Source: Eledone cirrhosa (lineage: Eukaryota). Taken from it: DNA of 64,000 bases. Below the pieces are notes generated by a model. That model was not told where the DNA came from and ran no database searches. It saw only the letters and a program-made list of their open reading frames with translations. Shown here piece by piece: positions 54,450-64,000 of this stretch. The translations under genes were made by a program, and so were the position numbers. Where the stretch lies: assembly GCA_964016885.1 (NCBI GenBank), contig OZ024764.1, positions 28,086,001 to 28,150,000 of the forward strand, given 5' to 3'. Each line of letters begins with the position of its first letter. Within the stretch, counting starts at the first letter, position 1.

Positions 54450-57400
54450 TTATAAATGTTGCTTGTACAAAGTCATCGAAGAGTGTATACATTTTTGTGG
54501 GACAGCCCGTTATCGCCTCCCTACAGCACTTCTAAGTGCTGCTTTGTGCAGCTCATAGAAGAGCGTATACATTTTTGTGGGACAACCCGTTGTCGCCTCC
54601 CTACAGCACTTCTAAATGCTGCTTTGTGCAGGTCATAGAAGAGCGTATACATTTTTGTGGGACAGCCCTTTGTCGCCTCTATTTAGCACTTCTAAATGCT
54701 GTTTTGTGCAGGTCATAGAAGAGTGTATACATTTTTGTGGGACAGCCCATTATCGCCTCCTTACAACACTTCTAAAAGCTGTTTTGTGCAGGTCATGGAA
54801 GAGCGTATACATTTTTGTGGTACAGCCCGTTATCGCATCCTTACAGCACTTCTAAATGCTGCTTTGTGCAGGTCATCGAAGAGCGTATACATTTTTGTGG
54901 GACAGCCCGTTGTTGCCTCCCTACAGCACTTCTAAGTGCTGCTTTGTGCAGGTCATCGAAGAGCGTATACATTTTTGTGGGACAGCCCGTTGTCGCCTCT
55001 ATTCAGCACTTCTAAATGCTGTTTTGTGCAGGTCATAGAAGAGCGTATACATTTTTGTGGGACAGCCAGTTGTCGCCTCCTTACAGCACTTCTAAATGCT
55101 GTTTTGTGCAGGTCATCGAAGAGCGTATACATTTTTGTGGGACAGCCCGTTGTCGCCTCTATTCAGCACTTCTAAATGCTGTTTTGGGCAGGTCATAGAA
55201 GAGCGTATACATTTTTATGGGACAGCCCGTTGTCGCCACTATTCAGCACTTCTAAATGCTGTTTTGTGCAGGTCATCGAAGAGCGTATACATTTTTGTGG
55301 GACAGCCCGTTGTCGCTTCCCTACAGCACTTCTAAGTGCTGCTTTGTGCAGCTCATAGAAGAGCGTATACATTTTTGTGGGACAGCCCGTTGTCGCCTCT
55401 ATTCAGCACTTCTAAATGCTGCTTTGTGCAGGTCGTAGAAGAGCGTATACATTTTTGTGGGACAGCTCGTTGTCGCCTCCTTTCAGCACTTCTAAATGCT
55501 GCTTTGTGCAGGTCATCGAAGAGTGTATACATTTTTGTGGGACAGCCCGTTGTCGCCTCTATTCAGCACTTCTAAATGCTGCTTTTTGCAGGTCATAGGA
55601 GAGCATATACATTTTTGTGGGACAGCCCGTTGTCGCCTCCCTACAGCACTTCTAAGTGCTGCTTTGTGCAGGTCATAGAAGAGCGTATACATTTTTGTGG
55701 GACAGCCCGTTGTCGCCTCTATTCAGCACTTCTAAATGCTGCTTTTTGCAGGTCATAGAAGAGCGTATACATTTTTGTGGGACAGCCAGTTGCGCCTCCT
55801 TACAACACTTCTAAATGCTGTTTTGTGCAGGTCATCGAAGAGCGTATACATTTTTGTGGGACAGCCCGTTGTCGCCTCTATTCAGCACTTCTACATGGTT
55901 TTGTGCAGGTCATCCAAGTGTATACATTTTTGTGGGACAGCCCGTTGTCGCCTCTATTCAGCACTTCTAAATGCTGTTTTGTGCAGGTCATCGAAGAGCG
56001 TATACATTTTTATGGGACAGCCCGTTGTTGCCACTATTTAGCACTTCTAAATGCTGTTTTGTGCAGGTCATCGAAGAGCGTATACATTTTTGTGGGACAA
56101 CCCGTTGTCGCTTCCCTACAGCACTTCTAAGTGCTGCTTTGTGCAGCTCATAGAAGAGCGTATACATTTTTGTGGGACAGCCCGTTGTCGCCTCTATTCA
56201 GCACTTCTAAATGCTGCTTTGTGCAGGTCGTAGAAGAGCATATACATTTTTGTGGGACAGCCCATTGTCGCCTCTATTCAGCACTGCTAAATGCTGTCTT
56301 GTGCAGGTCATCGAAGAGCGTATACATTTTTGTGGGACAGCCCGTTGTCGCCTCCCTACAGCACTTGTAAGTGCTGCTTTGTGCAGGTCATCGAAGAGCG
56401 TATACATTTTTGTGGGACAGCCCGTTGTCGCCTCCCTACAGCACTTCTAAGTGCTGCTTTGTGCAGCTCATAGAAGAGCGTATACATTTTTGTGGGACAG
56501 CCCGTTGTCGCCTCCCTACACCACTTCTAAGTGGTTTTGTGCAGGTCATAGAAGAGCGTATACATTTTTGTGGGACAGCCCGTTGTCGCCACTATTCAGC
56601 ACTTCTAAATGCTGCTTGTGCAGGTCATCGAAGAGCGTATACATTTTTATGGGACAGCCCGTTGTCGCCTCTATTCAGTACTCCTAAATGCTGCTTTGTG
56701 CAGGTCATAGAAGAGCGTATACATTTTTGTGGGACAGCCCGTTGTCACCTCTATTCAGCACTTCTAAATGCTGCTTTTTGCAGGTCATAGAAGAGCGTAT
56801 ACATTTTTGTGGGACAGCCCGTTGTCGCCTCTATTCAGCACTTCTACATGCTGTTTTGGGCAGGTCATCGAAGAGTGTATACATTTTTGTGGGACAGCCC
56901 GTTGTCGCCTCTATTCAGCACTTCTAAATGCTGGTTTGTGCAGGTCATCGAAGAGCGTATACATTTTTGTGGGACAGCCCGTTGTCGCCTCTATTCAGCA
57001 CTTCTAAATGCTGCTTTTTGCAGGTCATAGAAGAGCGTATACATTTTTGTGGGACAGCCCGTTGTCGCCTCTATTCAGCACTTCTAAATGCTGCTTTTTG
57101 CAGGTCATAGAAGAGCGTATACATTTTTGTGGGACAGCCAGTTGTCGCCTCCTTACAGCACTTCTAAATGCTGTTTTGGGCAGGTCATAGAAGAGCGTAT
57201 ACATTTTTGTGGGACAGCCCGTTGTCGCCACTATTCAGCACTTCTAAATGCTGTTTTGTGCAGGTCATCGAAGAGCGTATACATTTTTATGGGACAGCCC
57301 GTTGTTGCCACTATTCAGCACTTCTAAATGCTGTTTTGTGCAGGTCATCGAAGAGCGTATACATTTCTGTGGGACAGCCCGTTGTCGCCTCCCTACAGCA

Positions 57401-60400
57401 CTTGTAAGTGCTGCTTTGTGCAGGTCATCGAAGAGCGTATACATTTTTGTGGGACAGCCCGTTGTCGCTTCCCTACAAAACTTCTAAGTGCTGCTTTGTG
57501 CAGCTCATAGAAGAGCGTATATATTTTTGTGGGACAGCCCGTTGTCGCCTCTATTCAGCACTTCTAAATGCTGCTTTGTGCAGGTCGTAGAAGAGCATAT
57601 ACATTTTTGTGGGACAGCCCATTGTCGCCTCTATTCAGCACTGCTAAATGCTGTTTTGTGCAGGTCATCGAAGAGCGTATACATTTTTATGGGACAGCCC
57701 GTTGTCGCCACTATTCAGCACTTCTAAATGCTGTTTTATGCAGGTCATACAAGAGCGTATACATTTTTGTGGGACAGCTCGTTGTCGCCTCCTTTCAGCA
57801 CTTCTAAATGCTGCTTTGTGCAGGTCATCGAAGAGTGTATACATTTTTGTGGGACAGCCCATTGCCGCCTCTATTCAGCAATCCTAAATGCTGTTTTGTG
57901 CAGGTCATAGAAGAACGTATACATTTTTGTGGGACAGCACGTTGTCGCCTCCTTACAACACTTGTAAATGCTGTTTTGTGCAGGTCATCGAAGAGCGTAT
58001 ACATTTTTGTGGGACAGCCCGTTGTCGCCTTTATTCAGCACTCCTAAATGCTGTTTTATGCAGGTCATACAAGAGCGTATACATTTTTGTGGAACAGCCC
58101 GTTGTCGCCTCCTTACAACACTTCTAAATGCTGCTTTGTGCAGGTCATCGAAGAGTGTATACATTTTTGTGGGACAGCCCATTGCCGCCTCTATTCAGCA
58201 CTTCTAAATGCTGTTTTGGGCAGGTCATAGAAGAGCGTATACATTTTTGTGGGACAGCCCTTTGACGCCTCTATTCAGCACTTCTAAATGCTGTTTTATG
58301 CAGGTCATCGAAGAGCGTATACATTTTTGTGGGACAGCCCGTTGTCGCCTCTATTCAGTACTCCTAAATGCTGTTTTATGCAGGTCATACAAGAGCGTAT
58401 ACATTTTTGTGGGACAGCTCGTTGTCGCCTCCTTTCAGCACTTCTAAATGCTGCTTTGTGCAGGTCATCGAAGAGCGTATACACTTTTGTGGGACAGCCC
58501 TTTGCCGCCTCTATTCAGCACTTCTACATGCTGTTTTGGGCAGGTCATCGAAGAGTGTATACATTTTTGTGGGACAGCCCGTTGTCGCCTCTATTCAGCA
58601 CTTCTAAATGCTGTTTTGTGCAGGTCATCGAAGAGCGTATACATTTTTATGGGACAGCCTGTTGTCGCCTCTATTCAGCACTTCTAAATGCTGTTTTATG
58701 CAGGTCATACAAGAGCGTATACATTTTTGTGGGACAGCTCATTGTCGCCTCCTTTCAGCACTTCTAAATGCTGCTTTGTGCAGGTCATCGAAGAGCGTAT
58801 ACATTTTTGTGGGACAGCCCGTTGTCGCCTCTATTCAGCACTTCTAAATGCTGCTTTTTGCAGGTCATAGAAGAGCGTATACATTTTTGTGGGACAGCCA
58901 GTTGTCGCCTCCTTACAGCACTTCTAAATGCTGTTTTGTGCAGGTCATCGAAGAGCGTATACATTTTTGTGGGACAGTCCGTTGTCGCCTCTATTCAGCA
59001 CTTCTACATGCTGTTTTGGGCAGGTCATCGAAGAGTGTATACATTTTTGTGGGACAGCCCGTTGTCGCCTCTATTCAGCACTTCTAAATGCTGTTTTGTG
59101 CAGGTCATCGAAGAGCGTATACATTTTTATGGAACAGCCTGTTGTCGCCTCTATTCAACACTTCTAAATGCTGTTTTATGCAGGTCATACAAGAGCGTAT
59201 ACATTTTTGTGGGACAGCTCATTGTCGCCTCCTTTCAGCACTTCTAAATGCTGCTTTGTGCAGGTCATCGAAGAGCGTATACATTTTTGTGGGACAGCCC
59301 GTTGTCGCCTCTATTCAGCACTTCTAAATGCTGCTTTTTGCAGGTCATAGAAGAGCGTATACATTTTTGTGGGACAGCCCGTTGTCGCCTCTATTCAGCA
59401 CTCCTAAATGCTGTTTTATGCAGGTCATACAAGAGCGTATACATTTTTATGGGACAGCCCGTTGTCGCCTTTATTCAGCACTTGCAAATGCTGTTTTGTG
59501 CATGTCATCGAAGAGCGTATACATTTTTGTGGGACAGCCCGTTGTCGCCTCTATTCAGCACTTCTAAATGCTGCTTTTTGCAGGTCATAGAAGAGCGTAT
59601 ACATTTTTCTGGGACAGCCAGTTGTCGCCTCCTTACAGCACTTCTAAATGCTGTTTTGTGCAGGTCATCGAAGAGCGTATACATTTTTGTGGGACAGTCC
59701 GTTGTCGCCTCTATTCAGCACTTCTACATGCTGTTTTGGGCAGGTCATCGAAGAGTGTATACATTTTTGTGGGACAGCCCGTTGTCGCCTCTATTCAGCA
59801 CTTCTAAATGCTGTGTGGTGCAGGTCATCGAAGAGCGTATACATTTTTATGGGACAGCTCATTGTCGCCTCCTATCAGCACTTCTAAATGCTGCTTTGTG
59901 CAGGTCATCGAAGAGCGTATACATTTTTGTGGGACAGCCCGTTGTCGCCTCTATTCAGCACTTCTAAATGCTGCTTTTTGCAGGTCATAGAAGAGCGTAT
60001 ACATTTTTGTGGGACAGCTCATTGTCGCCTCCTTTCAGCACTTCTAAATGCTGCTTTGTGCAGGTCATCGAAGAGCGTATACATTTTTGTGGGACAGCCC
60101 GTTGTCGTCTCTATTCATCACTTCTAAATGCTGCTTTTTGCAGGTCATAGAAGAGCGTATACATTTTTGTGGGACAGCCCGTTGTCGCCTCCCTACAGCA
60201 CTTCTAAGTGCTGCTTTGTGCAGGTCATAGAAGAGCGTATACATTTTTATGGAACAGCCCTTTGACGCCTCTATTCATCACTTCTAAATGCTGTTTTATG
60301 CAGGTCATCGAAGAGCGTATACATTTTTGTGGGACAGCCCGTTGTCGCCTCTATTCAGCACTTCTACATGCTGTTTTGGGCAGGTCATTGAAGAGTGTAT

Positions 60401-63400
60401 ACATTTTTGTGGGACAGCCCGTTGTCGCCTCTATTCAGCACTTCTAAATGCTGGTTTGTGCAGGTCATCGAAGAGCGTATACATTTTTGTGGGACAGCCC
60501 GTTGTCGCCTCTATTCAGCACTTCTAAATGCTGCTTTTTGCAGGTCATAGAAGAGCGTATACATTTTTGTGGGACAGCCCGTTGTCGCCTCTATTCAGCA
60601 CTTCTAAATGCTGCTTTTTGCAGGTCATAGAAGAGCGTATACATTTTTGTGGGACAGCCAGTTGTCGCCTCCTTACAGCACTTCTAAATGCTGTTTTGGG
60701 CAGGTCATAGAAGAGCGTATACATTTTTGTGGGACAGCCCGTTGTCGCCACTATTCAGCACTTCTAAATGCTGTTTTGTGCAGGTCATCGAAGAGCGTAT
60801 ACATTTTTATGGGACAGCCCGTTGTTGCCACTATTCAGCACTTCTAAATGCTGTTTTGTGCAGGTCATCGAAGAGCGTATACATTTCTGTGGGACAGCCC
60901 GTTGTCGCCTCCCTACAGCACTTGTAAGTGCTGCTTTGTGCAGGTCATCGAAGAGCGTATACATTTTTGTGGGACAGCCCGTTGTCGCTTCCCTACAAAA
61001 CTTCTAAGTGCTGCTTTGTGCAGCTCATAGAAGAGCGTATATATTTTTGTGGGACAGCCCGTTGTCGCCTCTATTCAGCACTTCTAAATGCTGCTTTGTG
61101 CAGGTCGTAGAAGAGCATATACATTTTTGTGGGACAGCCCATTGTCGCCTCTATTCAGCACTGCTAAATGCTGTTTTGTGCAGGTCATCGAAGAGCGTAT
61201 ACATTTTTATGGGACAGCCCGTTGTCGCCACTATTCAGCACTTCTAAATGCTGTTTTATGCAGGTCATACAAGAGCGTATACATTTTTGTGGGACAGCTC
61301 GTTGTCGCCTCCTTTCAGCACTTCTAAATGCTGCTTTGTGCAGGTCATCGAAGAGTGTATACATTTTTGTGGGACAGCCCATTGCCGCCTCTATTCAGCA
61401 ATCCTAAATGCTGTTTTGTGCAGGTCATAGAAGAACGTATACATTTTTGTGGGACAGCACGTTGTCGCCTCCTTACAACACTTGTAAATGCTGTTTTGTG
61501 CAGGTCATCGAAGAGCGTATACATTTTTGTGGGACAGCCCGTTGTCGCCTTTATTCAGCACTCCTAAATGCTGTTTTATGCAGGTCATACAAGAGCGTAT
61601 ACATTTTTGTGGAACAGCCCGTTGTCGCCTCCTTACAACACTTCTAAATGCTGCTTTGTGCAGGTCATCGAAGAGTGTATACATTTTTGTGGGACAGCCC
61701 ATTGCCGCCTCTATTCAGCACTTCTAAATGCTGTTTTGGGCAGGTCATAGAAGAGCGTATACATTTTTGTGGGACAGCCCTTTGACGCCTCTATTCAGCA
61801 CTTCTAAATGCTGTTTTATGCAGGTCATCGAAGAGCGTATACATTTTTGTGGGACAGCCCGTTGTCGCCTCTATTCAGTACTCCTAAATGCTGTTTTATG
61901 CAGGTCATACAAGAGCGTATACATTTTTGTGGGACAGCTCGTTGTCGCCTCCTTTCAGCACTTCTAAATGCTGCTTTGTGCAGGTCATCGAAGAGCGTAT
62001 ACACTTTTGTGGGACAGCCCTTTGCCGCCTCTATTCAGCACTTCTACATGCTGTTTTGGGCAGGTCATCGAAGAGTGTATACATTTTTGTGGGACAGCCC
62101 GTTGTCGCCTCTATTCAGCACTTCTAAATGCTGTTTTGTGCAGGTCATCGAAGAGCGTATACATTTTTATGGTACAGCCTGTTGTCGCCTCTATTCAGCA
62201 CTTCTAAATGCTGTTTTATGCAGGTCATACAAGAGCGTATACATTTTTGTGGGACAGCTCATTGTCGCCTCCTTTCAGCACTTCTAAATGCTGCTTTGTG
62301 CAGGTCATCGAAGAGCGTATACATTTTTGTGGGACAGCCCGTTGTCGCCTCTATTCAGCACTTCTAAATGCTGCTTTTTGCAGGTCATAGAAGAGCGTAT
62401 ACATTTTTGTGGGACAGCCAGTTGTCGCCTCCTTACAGCACTTCTAAATGCTGTTTTGTGCAGGTCATCGAAGAGCGTATACATTTTTGTGGGACAGTCC
62501 GTTGTCGCCTCTATTCAGCACTTCTACATGCTGTTTTGGGCAGGTCATCGAAGAGTGTATACATTTTTGTGGGACAGCCCGTTGTCGCCTCTATTCAGCA
62601 CTTCTAAATGCTGTTTTGTGCAGGTCATCGAAGAGCGTATACATTTTTATGGAACAGCCTGTTGTCGCCTCTATTCAACACTTCTAAATGCTGTTTTATG
62701 CAGGTCATACAAGAGCGTATACATTTTTGTGGGACAGCTCATTGTCGCCTCCTTTCAGCACTTCTAAATGCTGCTTTGTGCAGGTCATCGAAGAGCGTAT
62801 ACATTTTTGTGGGACAGCCCGTTGTCGCCTCTATTCAGCACTTCTAAATGCTGCTTTTTGCAGGTCATAGAAGAGCGTATACATTTTTGTGGGACAGCCC
62901 GTTGTCGCCTCTATTCAGCACTCCTAAATGCTGTTTTATGCAGGTCATACAAGAGCGTATACATTTTTATGGGACAGCCCGTTGTCGCCTTTATTCAGCA
63001 CTTGCAAATGCTGTTTTGTGCATGTCATCGAAGAGCGTATACATTTTTGTGGGACAGCCCGTTGTCGCCTCTATTCAGCACTTCTAAATGCTGCTTTTTG
63101 CAGGTCATAGAAGAGCGTATACATTTTTCTGGGACAGCCAGTTGTCGCCTCCTTACAGCACTTCTAAATGCTGTTTTGTGCAGGTCATCGAAGAGCGTAT
63201 ACATTTTTGTGGGACAGTCCGTTGTCGCCTCTATTCAGCACTTCTACATGCTGTTTTGGGCAGGTCATCGAAGAGTGTATACATTTTTGTGGGACAGCCC
63301 GTTGTCGCCTCTATTCAGCACTTCTAAATGCTGTTTTGTGCAGGTCATCGAAGAGCGTATACATTTTTATGGGACAGCTCATTGTCGCCTCCTATCAGCA

Positions 63401-64000
63401 CTTCTAAATGCTGCTTTGTGCAGGTCATCGAAGAGCGTATACATTTTTGTGGGACAGCCCGTTGTCGCCTCTATTCAGCACTTCTAAATGCTGCTTTTTG
63501 CAGGTCATAGAAGAGCGTATACATTTTTGTGGGACAGCTCATTGTCGCCTCCTTTCAGCACTTCTAAATGCTGCTTTGTGCAGGTCATCGAAGAGCGTAT
63601 ACATTTTTGTGGGACAGCCCGTTGTCGCCTCTATTCATCACTTCTAAATGCTGCTTTTTGCAGGTCATAGAAGAGCGTATACATTTTTGTGGGACAGCCC
63701 GTTGTCGCCTCCCTACAGCACTTCTAAGTGCTGCTTTGTGCAGGTCATAGAAGAGCGTATACATTTTTATGGAACAGCCCTTTGACGCCTCTATTCATCA
63801 CTTCTAAATGCTGTTTTATGCAGGTCATCGAAGAGCGTATACATTTTTGTGGGACAGCCCGTTGTCGCCTCTATTCAGCACTTCTAAATGCTGTTTTATG
63901 CAGGTCATCGAAGAGCGTATACATTTTTGTGGGACAGCTCGTTGTTGCCTCCTTTCAGCACTTCTAAATGCTGCTTTGTGCAGGTCATCGAAGAGTGTAT
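54450..64000. repeat. 80-bp satellite, ~119 units, with 3520-bp higher-order repeat; runs off the window
   Basis: Unit CAGGTCATCGAAGAGCGTATACATTTTTGTGGGACAGCCCGTTGTCGCCTCTATTCAGCACTTCTAAATGCTGTTTTGTG; ORFs repeat at +3520. Confidence 0.97.

Noticed and set aside
54450-64000. CRISPR-like array or repeat-protein gene (many Cys/His-rich ORFs)
   Set aside because: No unique spacers; the whole 80-bp unit is homologous; 80 is not a multiple of 3; frequent stops; eukaryotic context.

Overview
Eukaryotic, very repeat-rich DNA. The (TA)n microsatellites, RTE LINEs and SINEs suggest an animal, probably an octopus-type cephalopod (inference). The window lies inside a neurofibromin (NF1) gene on the minus strand: five clear 3'-region exons plus one candidate 69-nt symmetric exon, all with GT-AG sites and compatible phases. 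The introns hold an apparently intact two-ORF L1/Tx1-clade retrotransposon (24451-30100) inserted into the 60-bp internal array of a TTAA/CCCT-ended piggyBac-like MITE family (~10 copies). They also hold RTE and CR1 LINE copies, two SINE families, Tc1/mariner elements (one DD37D), a tRNA-Val gene, and many short fold-back elements in (TA)n tracts that carry type I hammerhead ribozyme motifs (Penelope-like). Several tandem arrays visibly derive from LINE coding sequence or transposon ends, including a >9.5-kb 80-bp satellite with a 3520-bp higher-order repeat. Most ORFs in the supplied track are repeat artefacts. Repeat boundaries are approximate, and no database search or RNA folding was run.
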